From: Sphyrna mokarran
Lineage: Eukaryota
DNA: 64,000 nt
Direction: 5' to 3'
Assembly: GCA_024679065.1 (NCBI GenBank)
Contig: JAGIQG010000014.1
Coordinates: 72,912,001 to 72,976,000, forward strand
The translations under genes and the position numbers were made by a program. Below the pieces are notes generated by a model. The model searched no databases. It was not told the DNA's origin and worked only from the letters and a program-made list of their open reading frames with translations. Of this stretch, positions 1-12,429 are shown one piece after another (position 1 is the stretch's first letter; every line of letters begins with the position of its first letter).

Positions 1-859
1 AGACCCGGGTTCAAATTAAACCATAGTGAATGTTGGAATTTGAATTCAATAATAAAAAAAAATCTGGAATTAAAAGATCTGATGGTGACCTTGGAACAAT
101 TGTCAATTGTCATTAAAAACCCATCTGGTTCACTAATGTCCTTTAGGGAAGGAAATCTGCCGTCCTTACCTGGTCTGGCTTACATGTGACCCCGGACCCA
201 TATATGCCCTCAAGGCTGGGCAATAAATGTTGGTCCCTCCAGCAACGCCCACCTCCCAGGATAGAACTACATAGAGGGTGGTGGGTGCCTGGAACCCGCT
301 ACCGGGAGGTAGTGGGAACAGATACAATAATGAGTTTAAGGGGTGTCTGGACAAGTGCATGAAAAAGGATGGCAATAGAGGGATATGGTCCTTGATAGGG
401 TAGGATATTATAGTTCATACGGGCAGCATGTTCAATGCAGGCTTGGAGGGCCAAAGGGCCTGTTCCTGTGCTGTAATATTCTTTGTTCCCTGTTCTTTGA
501 AAGAAAAAAAGCAACTGCTATCTTCCACACCAGCGGTCAACATACAGTTTCTGATGAAAACACAGATGTTTCGACCATAATCCTGCAAATCTTCTTGACC
601 TAGGAACAGGCCCTTGAGAGAAAATTGCAAATTGATACTATTATTTCAGAAAGTTATGAGAGAGAAAAATGAGGAAGTTATAAACCGATTAATCTAACAG
701 CTGCTGTGTGGGAAGTTGATGCAATATATAATTAAGGTCAGAATGACTGAACACTTAGAGATATCTAAATTGATTAAAAAGAACCAAGATGGATTGCTAA
801 AATATTAAGGTCACGGCTAACAAACCCAAGTTAATATTTTGGGGAACCAATTAACTCCA

Positions 860-1191
860 TTGATCTGTCTACACCTCCTGCGACCTCGGAAAAGCAGCCA
901 GCGTAATTAAGGACCCCACACATCCTAGACATTCTCTCTTCCACCTTCTCCTGTCGGAAAAAGATACAGAAGTCTGAGGTCACATACCAACAGACTTAAG
1001 AACAGCTTCTTCTCTGCTGCTGTCAAACTTTCGAATGGACTTACCTTGCATTAAGTTGATCTTTCCCTACACCCTAATTATGACTGTAACACGACATTCT
1101 GCACTCTTTCCTTTCCTTCTCTATGAACGGTATGTTTTATCTGTATAATGTGCAAGAAATAATACTTGACAATAATAAATCAAATCAAATC
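860..1191 (+). mobile_element. Rex1/Babar-type LINE 3' fragment
   Basis: cagcttcttctctgctgctgtcaaac...aataataaatcaaatcaaatc. Confidence 0.85.
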
Positions 1192-1809
1192 TAAAGTAGT
1201 GGATGGAGGATGTCTACAGATGTAGGCTTGATTCTCTGATCTTGCCCGCATTTGGAATTTTTCGATTCCACTGCAGTCAATGGAGATTTAGCTGAGAGCC
1301 AGATTTTCCATTCTTGCTGCCAGCATGTGAGACTGGCTGTAATTCAGCTGCAGATGTAGCCTTCCAAAAGGTTATTGATAACGTTCCACATAACTGATTG
1401 TCAGCTAAAATTGTAACTCATGGGTCAGAATTTATTAGTGTCACAAGTAGACTTACATAACAGTACGATGCAGTTACTGTGAAAATCCCCTTATCACCAC
1501 ACTCCAATGCCTGTTCAGATGCACTAAGGGAGAATTTAGCATGGTTAATGCACCTAACCAGCACGTCTTTCAGGCTGTGGGAGGAAACCTGACCATCTGG
1601 AGAAAACCCACACAGACATGGAGAGGATGTGCAGACTGTGTCTTCATGGACAGTGACCCAAGCCAGGTCTCTGAAATTGTGAGGCAGAGTGCTAACCACT
1701 GTGTCACCGTGCCACCCAGCGGGGTAGTACAGGTCTGTTATACTAAATGGAGATTTAAATGGCTCGCCAAGATCCACTGGAATAGACAGAGTGAGGCTAA
1801 AATATAAAG

Positions 1810-2440
1810 AAAGACTAAGTCAGTTAGGATTATATTCAGTGGAGTTTAGGCCAGTGAGAGGCGATCTCATAGAAACTTATAAAATTCTAACAGGGTTAGA
1901 CAGAGTAGATTCAGAAAGAATGTCCCCAATGTTAGAGGAGTCCAGAACTAGGGATCTCATAGTTTGAGGATAAGGGGGAAACTTTTTAGAACTGAGGTGA
2001 GGAGAAATTTCTTCACTCAGAGGGTGGTGAATGTGTGGAATTCACTGCCACAGAAAGTAGTCGAGACCGAAATGCTGTCTGGTTTCAAGAAGAAATTAGA
2101 TATAGTTCTTGGGGCTAAAGGGATATAAGGATGAAGGGCAGGGGATATTGATATTGAATTCTGGATCTGGATATTGAATTTGCTGATCAACCATAACCAA
2201 AATGAACGGCAGAGAAGGCTCAAAGGGCCGGATGGTCAACTCTTGCTACTGGTTTACAAGCATTATCTTAAACAAAGATATTCTGTATGTAGCAGGCTCT
2301 CAAAGAATCCAATTCTCAGAGGGAAATAAAGGCAGGATCAGAATATTGAATTTGATGATCAGTCATGATCAAAATGAATGGCAGAGCAGATTCAAAGAGC
2401 TGAATGGTCTATTCCTGCTCCGACTTTTTATGTTCTATAT
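1810..2440 (+). mobile_element. CR1 LINE 3' fragment(s) with doubled tail
   Basis: gatctcatagaaacttataaaattct...gaatgtgtggaattc; two successive tail-like segments. Confidence 0.8.
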
Positions 2441-3391
2441 TTTTATGGAGCTCTCTGGCATGGAATTGAAGACAAATGATTGACCTGGTAAGGCAATTTG
2501 TTAAGCAGTAGAAAAATAATAGGTATATACTCAAATTGGAAGGGAGTGGCTATTCATGTCTGATAATAATCTTTATTCACTCTAATCATTAATGACTTTG
2601 GCAACACACTAAAGAGCCAACATCCAAGCCTGACAAGATTAGTGGGCATTGTTTTAATTTAATATGTCTTGGAAAATGGAAGATTATGGTGCAATTTGAT
2701 TGAGATCTTTCAGATTCTGAAAGGAATTGATAATTTAGGAGTGGCAAGGGCGATGGATCTTTAAAATGAAGGCCAGGCTAAAACCTAGCTATACTGCCAC
2801 AGGAAGTGCAATAATCTCCACCGGAATTGTCCAGGTCAGTGGATGCACCCTCAAATAACCTGCCCATTGTACACCACCAACCTCTCCCACTTTCCACTGC
2901 ACACGGCCTCATCATTTACCCATCAGAAACCCCTTTCAATCAATTCTCAGGAATTAGTCCAACCACTATCGCATGATCTGCATCCACATCTCATAGCATT
3001 CACATATTCCAACTATTCAGCTATGACAGCTACATCTCTTTGCACCAAAAGTTGTAGAAACACTTAAGGAGTTTTATTGGTAGTTCCTGGATGCAGGTTG
3101 ACATACGAGTGTTTGAGAGGGATAAGTGTTGGCCCAGGACACATGGGGAAGCATCCCCTTCTCATCTTCCATATAGAGGTAGGGGACCTTTTACCCACTT
3201 GAGAGGGCAGGTGAGGCCTGAGTTTGACATCTTCATCCACACAATGAATATTATTATAACTTCACTGCCATTCTTCAATTTGGTTGGCTGGTAAAGAGGT
3301 ACTGCCTTCTCCATAGTATGATGTTAGTGTACCTTTAAAAAATTTTCTTTTTAATTCATGTTCATAGCCTTAGGCTATGTGTATATATTTA

Positions 3392-4550
3392 TGGTATATA
3401 TGGACTTTAGTAAGGCGTTTCATAAGGTGGCCCATGGAAGGCTTCTGCAGCAATGCAGATGTATGGGATTGAGGGTGATTTAGCTAATTGGATTAGGAAT
3501 TGGCTAGCAGATAGAAGGCAGAGGGTGGTGGTTGATGGGAGATATTCATCGTGGAGTTCGGTTACTAGTGGTGTACCTCAGGGGTCTGTTTTGGGGCCCC
3601 TGCTGTTTGTAATTTTTATAAATGATTTGGATGAGGGTATTGAAGGATGGATTAGTAAATTTGCGGATGACACCAAAGTCGGAGGAGTGGTAGATAGTGA
3701 AGAGGGGTGTTCTAGTTTGCAGAGAGACTTGGACAAGTTGCAGAGCTGGGCCGAGAGGTGGCAAATGGAGTTTAATGTGGAAAAGTGTGAGGTAATTCAC
3801 TTTGGCAGGAATAACAAATGTGTAGAGTATAGGGCTAATGGTAGGACTCTTAATAGTGTTGATGAACAGAGGGATCTTGGTGTATATGTGCATAGATCCC
3901 TGAAAGTTGGCAATCAAGTCGATAAGGTTGTTAAGAAGGCATACGGAGTCTTAGCTTTTATTGGTAGGGGGATTGAATTTCGGAGCCGCAACGTCATGTT
4001 GCAACTGTACAAAACTCTAGTGCGGCCGCACTTGGAGTATTGTGTGCATTATAAGAAAGATGTGGAGGCATTGGAGAGGGTACAGAGGAGGTTTACCAGG
4101 ATGTTGCCTGGTATGGAAGGCAGGTTTTATGAAGAGAGGCTGAGGGATTTGAGGTTGTTTTCGTTATAAAGAAGGCGGCTAAGAGGAGACCTTATTGAAA
4201 CATATAAGATGATTAGAGGTTTAGATAGGGTGGACAGTGATAGCCTTTTTCCTAGGATGGAGAAAGCTAGCACCAGGGGACATAGCTTTAAATTAAGGGG
4301 TGGTGGTTTTAGGACAGATGTCAGAGGTAGGTTCTTTACCCAGAGGGTGGTAAAGGTATGGAATGCCTTGCCTGCGTCAGTTGTAGATGTGCCAAGTTTG
4401 GTGGCATTTAAGAGGTTAGTAGATAAGTTTATGGATGAACAGGGAATGGTTTAGGTTAGAGGGTCACTGCTTGTTCCTAATTGGTCGGTGCAACATCAAG
4501 GGCCGAAGGGCCTGTTCTGCGCTGTAATGTTCTATGTTCTCTATGTTCTA
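3392..4550 (+). mobile_element. 5'-truncated young CR1-type LINE (RT C-terminus plus 3' tail)
   Basis: GVPQGSVLGPLLF, FADDTK, LYKTLVRPHLEYC motifs; in-frame loss relative to the QFWSPH motif and a premature stop; (tatgttc)n tail. Confidence 0.95.
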
Positions 4551-5125
4551 TTGGGCGATGTCATTGCTGGGAGGAAGAAAAAGCTGTGGGCAGGTCAGGT
4601 GACTGGGATTCATTTCCTGTTTTGGTTTGGGAATTGAAGTGTTGGAAGTATTAAGCTGAAAGAGAAGACTCACTCTCTCTCTCTGTTATATTTTTGAAAG
4701 TTCTGTTGCTTTTCTGAGAGGTGAAAATCTGCTGTTGCTGGACCACAATCTCTCTGGTGTTTTGGGAAACTGTTTTGTCTTCAGATTGTTCTGAGTGAAT
4801 CAAGGCTGAATCTTCAACCAAAGGACTCAATTTCCAGTATCGTGTGGGCATTAGTCTGTGTTGTGTTAAACTTGTGAAAAGGTTTTTTTTTTCCATGGGG
4901 TTGGTTTGATTAGACCATTGTAGAAATCTTTGATAAGGGCTACACATTATCACGATCATTTGTTTCTTGTTTGTAATTGATAAAAAGTTATTGCTAATTT
5001 TGCTACTATATGTGTTAACTCTATTCTTAAATAAACATTGCTTTATGAAAGCTTCCCAGTGGGTCACTTGATTCATACCTGAAGTGAAACATCGCATGCT
5101 CATCCAAGCCAAAGTCAAGATGCAA
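4551..5125 (+). mobile_element. Probable LTR-like remnant interrupted by CR1
   Basis: (CT)n tract, aataaac poly(A) context, LTR-like composition; family not identified. Confidence 0.35.
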
Positions 5126-6499
5126 AATATATAGAATATAGAACACTAGAGCACAAACAGGCCCTTCAGCCCACAAGTTGCGCCGTTCATATCCCTACCT
5201 ACCAGGCCTATCTATAACTCTCAATCCCATTAAATATGATCCGGATGGGCTCCATAGAACAATTTGGAGTTTCTGACCTGAACCATAACAATAGTGATGA
5301 AGTCAGTAATAAGAGATTTGATAGAGGTGTATAAGATTTTGTTGGGTGTAGATAGAGGAATGGAAGCAGGCTTTTTTCCACTGAGACTAGGAGATCAAAA
5401 AAACTAGAGGACATGGGTTAAGGGTGAAAAGTTTAAGGGAAAATTGGGTGGGGGGGGTTACTTCACACAGAGAATGGTGGGAGTGTGGAATGAGCTGCCG
5501 GGTGAAGTGGTGAAAGCAGGTTCACTTTTAACATTTGAGAAAAACTTGGATGGGTACATGGATGAGAAGGGTGTGGAGGGATATGGTCCAGGTGCAGGTC
5601 AGTGGGACTAGGCAGAAAAATGGTTTGGCACAATCAAGAAAGGCCAAAAGTCTTGTTTCTGTGTGATAATGTTCTATGTTTCTATGGTCAGTCGAACTAA
5701 TTGCTTTGTAATCTGGGAATTATCAAGGGAAGCTATATTTGCAGTCTCTCAGTAATTACCTCATTCCAAGATACCAGTCCAACACACAAAAAGACATTGT
5801 GGCACCCACGCACTTTCATTATTTTATCCACTGATTAAATCAAATTCTAGAGAAAGGAAATCCTTTGGAGCTAAATCATAGATTCATAGAATCCCAACAA
5901 TGCAGAGAGAGCTCATTCAGCCCATCGAGCCTGCAACAGGCCCTATTTCCATGTATTTACCCTACTAACTTACCCTGACATTAAGGGGCAATTTAACATG
6001 GTCAGTCAACCCAACCTGCACATCTTTGGAGTTGTTCTGCTCACAAAGCATCAAGAACATGACTGGACAGGCAACAAAAGTGAGGAGATTGGCAGGGTGA
6101 CCAAATACCTATCTACCCTTATATTGGGACTGCAAACCCCTGCCCAAAGTCAACGTATGTTGGGCAGGCCTGTTACATTTTCTATCCCAGCCATGGTGAT
6201 CCACCAACCATCTCCCGATAAAGGCCAGAATGGAAAATCTCAGCCTTAGTCGAAAAGTTTCAAAAAGTATCTTGAAAGATGATCAGGAAACTGGTGAAGT
6301 TTACGATTGAATTCTGGAGTTTTGAGCTTTAGCAGCTGAGAGCGGAGTGAGCTGATTAAAATCAGGGAGATATCAGAGAGTTTGAGTTGGTGAATGGGAA
6401 GGGATTGGGCCATGGAAAGATGGATTGTAAAATCGAGAAGTTGCAGTACCAGGAACCAACATAAATCAGTGAGTGAGTGAGGGGTGATAGTGAATGAAT

Positions 6500-7160
6500 G
6501 ATTTGATTTGATTGAATTTATTATTGTCACATGGATTAGTATACAGTAAAAAATATTGTTTCTTGCACACTATGCAAACATACCGAGTTTGCATAGAGAA
6601 GGAAAGAAGACAGTGCAGAATGTAGTGTTACGGTCATAGCTAGGGTGTAGAGAAAGATCAACTTAATGGTAAGTCCATTCAAAAGTTTGACAGCAGCAGG
6701 GAAGAAGCTGTTCCTGAGTCGATTGGTAAGTGACTTCGGACTTTTGTATCTTTTTCCCAACAGAAGAAGGTGGAAGAGAGAATGTCCGCGGTATGTGGGG
6801 GTACTTAGTTATGCTGGTTGCTTCGCTGAGGCAGCAGGAAGTGTAGACAGAGTCAATGGACGGGAGGCTGGTATGAGAGATGGGCTGGGCTTCATCCACG
6901 GCCGTTTGTAGTTCCTTGCAGTCTGGGTAGAGCAGGAGCCATACCAAGCTGTGACACAACCAAAAAGAATGCTTTCTATGGTGGTGGAAGTCGTAGTTGA
7001 TATTCCAAATTTCCATAGTCTTCTGAGAAAGTAGAGATGTTAACAGACTTTCTTAACTATGGTGTCGGCATGGGGAGACCAGGACAGGTTGCTGGTAATC
7101 TGGATACCTAAAAATTTGACGTTGTCAACCATCATTCCCATTGATGTAGACAGGGATATG
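6500..7160 (-). mobile_element. Rex1/Babar-type LINE 3' fragment
   Basis: KFLGIQITSNLSWSPH, RLRNSFFPAAVKLLN; tail aataaa(tcaaa)n. Confidence 0.85.
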
Positions 7161-8397
7161 TTCTTTTGTTGGTACAAGTTCAGGGAGGCAGTGACATTGT
7201 GGCATTGTCTAGTATTCCAGAGACCCAAGTAATGCTCTGGGCACCTGAACTCAAATGTCACCATCGCAGGTGGTGAAATTTGAATTCAATAAAAATTTGG
7301 AATTAAAAGTCTAATTGTGGCCATGAAATAATTATTGATTGTTGGAAAATCCCCATCTGGTTCACTAATATCTTTTAGGGAATGAAATCTGTCATTCTTA
7401 TCTGGTCTGGCCTACATGTGATCCCAGAGTCACAGCAATGTGCTTGACTCTTAAAATGATCTCAGGGATGGGGTATAGATGTTGTCCAGCCAGCAACACC
7501 CAAATCCCATGAACAAATTAGAAAAAGAAAGGATGCACACAACGTAAATTTAGGGAGAATGGAATGTGGGAGTCTAAAATGGAAGCTGTGGAGTGATGGA
7601 AAGACATGGATGAGGATTTCAACACAAGGTAGACTGTGTGGTCCATCAAGATGGTTCACCACCATGTCCCCAAGACAAATTCTCTCCTTGCCAGTGATGC
7701 ACATCCCACAATGAATGAAGAGCAAGAGAGAGACAAAAACCACATAGAAAGGACACAATCATTTAATTTTCCTCTAACATTTATTCCTTTATTTCTCCTT
7801 TATAACAAATCTTTTACAAATCACTTTATTCAGAAGCCATTCTCTTATCTCACGTGGACTTCAGAATCTCTCTGAAACCCCACTGCCCTCTTGACTATGG
7901 AGTCACCATCACACCATTAATACACAATTCAACTGCCCAGTGTGCCTGCGAGAGACAGCAATGGTCATTCCGATATAATTCGGCATTCTTGGTTTAATGC
8001 CCCTTTTTCTGAACTTTATCCACCAACACCGACCCAACCAAATGCAGGAAAACCTTTATTTAAGCAAATCTTAATTAAAATGTGCAAATCTTAAAACTAA
8101 GCAGCCTTAAAATGCAAAACCACACAAACTTCAGTGGGTAATTGGTTAACCCTGATGTCTATCCAAGCTAAACTGAGTTAATAATCCGTGAAAATATCTC
8201 CCGCTTTTGGGAAAAGTTCTGGTTATAAATCCGGCAATACAAAAAATATCAAAAGAGTAATCACAGCTTTTCAACGTCAATTGCAAATCAGCCTAAAATT
8301 TAAAAAGTGGCCCTAACAGCAACCTTTCCTACCGCAATACTTATTCAAACACAAGTTTCCTCAGCAAAAAATATGCAATGATTTCTATTGTTTGAAG

Positions 8398-9863
8398 CTG
8401 CAGCAACGCTATTGCAGACAGAAGAATGGGAGAAACTGTTTGTAAAACTGTCCAGTTCCACAGGGATGTCCTGTCACCCGGTATTGACTGTAAATGGGAG
8501 CCTCGGTGTGACCTGTAAAAGGTGAGGCATTAGCACGGAGTCACTTGATGTAAAGTGTGGTCAATTCTCCAGCTCAAGGCTTAATACTGCACTCCGTCCC
8601 CATCTGACTCCCCCACTACCACCCCTCTCATCTCCTCCCATCCCCTCACCATTTTGATTGAAAAGCTAACAAGGTGGGATCTCCAGACAGAGATCCCCCC
8701 CCCCCCTTGCTTTATTAGATTATTTGACAGATTAAAGCTACTGCTACACGCAAACACCTGTGGAGAGCCTGTTGTTGTGAGGTGGGTTTAGAATTAATAT
8801 CTCTGTGGGAGGATCAAAGGGAGTGAAGGGAGGAATATTTTCACCCTCGATTGTAGGTTGAAGTTGGCAGTGAAGGATATGAATATGTCTGCAGGGTTTT
8901 TGTTTGTCCAAGGCTTCAGTGAAGTCAGATGTATTTTATTCCAATATTGGATGAAGGATTTTCAACCTGATCATTAATATGTGTTTGCTAATATTGCACA
9001 GCAAGATTCCAATCTGAAAGCCTGGTGTGCCAGCCTCCCTGCCTACCAAGCCCCAGTTGGTTGAGGCCAGTGGATGTTTGTTTCACCTTCTGGTTCTTGT
9101 GTTCTGTTTCTGCCCGATTCTCTAACCCTCTCTCACCTCTCAGGTCCGGTGTCTCTCGATCTGAATTGCTTATGGGTGAGGGGAACACATTGCTCTGTTG
9201 GTGGGGGTGAGACAAGTTCAAGCAGCCTTGTGTGGAACATGAACACGGGCACAGATTTGTTCACAGAATCGGTACAGCCTTGGAGGCCACTCAGCCCACT
9301 GTGGCGGTGCTGGCTCTCTGCCTGAGCAGTTCGCTTAGTGTCATTCCCCTGAATTCTTCCCAAACCCTGCGCATTCTTCCATTTCAGATAATATTTCTTC
9401 TAGTATGCCTCAATTTGAATTTGCCTCTGCCACACTCTCAGGCAATATGTTTCTGATCTTTAATCACCTAACCTCCAACGCCCCCCCCTCACTGTTGCGC
9501 AGTGTGGCCTGTTCCGGAGTTGTACATTCGATGAAATGGCCATCGATCTCTCCTCAAGATTCTCTCAAGTCCATCCTTATGCTCCAATCAAAGGTGAAAC
9601 AGCCTCAGTGAGACATTCACTCAAAGCCCAGAGCAGATGTCTCGGAGTTTTTGCATGAATAGTTTTGAATCTCTGTGAAAAGTCTGCCAAATTCAACTTC
9701 CCTTTTCTATTATAAACCTTTTGCTAAATTCTTCTTGAACATCTGAACTGCGTTCTTTATATATTTCAGACAATTACTGAAAGATACCAGAGCACCAGAT
9801 GCAAAGAAGCTGCATCTGCAAACCACCAGCAGTCTACATTCCTGTGTTCACATTTTCCGTTAG
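8398..9863 (+). other. Two putative phase-compatible exons (8398-8521, 9770-9863 with stop) of an unidentified gene or transcript converging on CD74
   Basis: Donor AAG|gtgagg, acceptor tttatatatttcag|, open frame AATLLQTEEWEKLFVKL...TCKRQLLKDTRAPDAKKLH...FR*, several AATAAA at about 9966-10545. No recognised homology. Confidence 0.3.
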
Positions 9864-11136
9864 CCTTACTATCGATCTCACAGCTTAAGCTTCGCCTTTC
9901 CACCTGAGCTTCTCAATGAAGATCAAATATATATTGGGTCTTGTTCAAATTAATGCTCCTACCCGAATAAATTTCAAAAGGAAAGTGAACATCTACATTT
10001 GGAAATGAAAATAATGGCAATATTAAAGAGCAGAAGAAATCAACTGGTACCATCAAACAACCAGCACAGGTATAGTGGGCTGAATGGCCTCCTTCAATGC
10101 TCCAAGGCTCTTGATCAAGATTGAGACCTCACTGTAATGCCTCAGGTTGATTGGCTACAGTGCAGAAGTTCACTATTCGCCTTCCATACTGTGGAATTTG
10201 ATGAGTTGACGAATAAAAATACATATTTTATTTATTTTTTTCTCTTCTGTCACAGTGGACTGGCAAAGAATGGCACTTCTAGTTTACAACTGATTCCCAG
10301 AGCAGTTAAGGATTAGCATATGGTAGGTGCAAAGTGAAACTAGCCCTTTGTACTAATATTCCTCACTGTCTGATTGCAACTATTCCTCATCTTCTTTATA
10401 ACACACCTGTTGTTCATTGGAGGATGGAAAGATCGAGAAGATTTTGTCAAGTCTTTATTTTCAAGGCCTTTAAGAGATCATTTTTCTTCATTAAACAAGA
10501 ATAAATGCTTTTAACCTTGTATGTATGTGAAAGAACTGAAATAAAGACATATACTTGGGCGGGATTTTCTAGTGGCAATCACCCCAAGGCCAAATTTCCT
10601 GTCTGAGGATAATGGGCCTTTGCACAGTTGTGTCCTTCCCATTATGATTCCCCTGGTGGGCAGATTGGGAAAATTCTACTCTAGACTCGGGTTGACAACT
10701 CTGGTTGGACATATTCCTGCAGGCTTTGTTCTGTGACCTCCCTTCTCCACCTACACAATCCCATCATTGGTTGTCCAATTTGTCCATTTCCCACCTCCCA
10801 TTAGCAAACCCGGCTCATAGCTTGCACATTAGTTGTTGCTTGCAAACAGACCTTTTCCAAGTTAGCGAAAAAAAAAAACGACGCACTGAATATTTTTGAA
10901 ATGTGGCCATAGATTTTCTCCTCTAGAAATGTTCTGGTGTTAATCTTTAATTTTTGGAGGTTCCAGAACAGTCCCAGAGCTTTGGCAACCATGCAATGAA
11001 GCATTCTCATAATACAAGGGCTTGTTGTTGGACTGAGGCCTCATTGCTAGGCCCCATGAACCAGGCAAACCTTTTATCAGTCACACATTGACACATCTAT
11101 TGTCCAAAATAAAACACAAGAATAAAATTCCCTCCC

Positions 11137-11142
11137 TTTATT
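11137..11142 (-). terminator. Candidate CD74 polyadenylation signal AATAAA
   Basis: AATAAA on the minus strand followed by a U/GU-rich tract (ttcttgtgttttattttg). An alternative AATAAA lies at 11970-11975. Confidence 0.4.
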
Positions 11143-12421
11143 GCAAAAAGATTTTCCCCATCTACAGTCAGCAATCACTATTGCGTAACAAATAAAAAAA
11201 AAACAATCAGGAAGCAAGGTCATTTTCTCATCAGTTGATTAAGGCAAAACTAGCTTCAAACAAATTAATCAATAGCCAAAGATACAGCTGTAATATGATG
11301 CTTCTGTAAAGTGTGGTGTTTTCGAAAAATAAACTAGTAACACTATAACTGGCTCAAACCCCAAAATATAAGAATGGGAATAAAATCTCTTGACATCTAA
11401 AAACAAATTGCAAAGGAACAATTTTTAATCCAATTTATCTACTGGATGTGGTCAATGCTAAGCAGGCCAACATGCATTGAGCATCCCTCATTGACTTTTG
11501 AGAAAATGGTGTGGGCCTTCTTCTGAAATTGTTTCCACTTGCAGGCTGCAGTAGGCAGGGTGGAATGTAGACAGACAAAGGGGTGGGGATTTGGTGGTGG
11601 GGGTGAGAGGGGAGACAAGGTCAGGGGTCTAGGATCGTGACCCAGTATGAATGAACAAATGGATGTTATAGGTTCAAATCAACACGGGTGTGTGGATAGG
11701 TCAGTATCTAAGGGACAAGGGCAGTTTATATAATAGTTGGGAGCCATCATTGGCCAAAAGAAGGGAGCCAATCTCAAACCATTGGCCTAATTTGGTTCCC
11801 TTTTGGATGTTGTGAATTTTCAGAACTTTTAATTGCAATTTTCTGATGTCCATTTACTCATGATACCCTGTACCAGTCTACATTCCTTTGGGATTCGTGG
11901 GATTGAATCACGTCTGTGTGGTATTTTACTCATCACGTCTCCACATGTCTCGATGTTTGAAAATGCAGATTTATTTTTTAAGGAAGAGCCTGGAATTGAG
12001 GAGATGCTGTTCCCCGATTCCCCATTCCACTCTGCACCGTTCCCTGTCACCACTCTGGTAGGAGATCCAGGAACAGATCTTGGAGAGGAATGCCGGGTAT
12101 GGCTGTGTTTAGCCAAGTCCCCCTAGGGAATGGGATCAGGACTTCAATTCTTTTTTGGGGTGGAGTGCAGGGAGCAAAATGAATCATGTTAACAATCAGG
12201 GCGATCTACTTCTATGTTTACATAAAATAAAATCAATGAAGACAAATCTTTAACACAAGAGAAGGAAATTATGACAGTCAGATAAGGAGCCAGCTCTCAA
12301 TGGTTAACAATCATACCCAAGGTTAATAGGAATCAGTAGTTGCAATTAATGTATGATTTTAATTATGGAGCGAAGCCAGTCAGGATGGGTTTGTCTCTCC
12401 ATCATGAGTCCATCCTCATCC

Positions 12422-12429
12422 TTAGTGCG
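12422..12429 (-). CDS. CD74: CD74 last exon coding part (A-H-stop), followed by 3' UTR
   Basis: Acceptor ctttctgtttgattgcag|CG CAC TAA; a terminal exon with only a few codons, as in human CD74. Confidence 0.7.

Noticed and set aside
3453-4454. Reverse transcriptase ORFs as an active gene
   Set aside because: 5'-truncated CR1 with an internal deletion and a premature stop.
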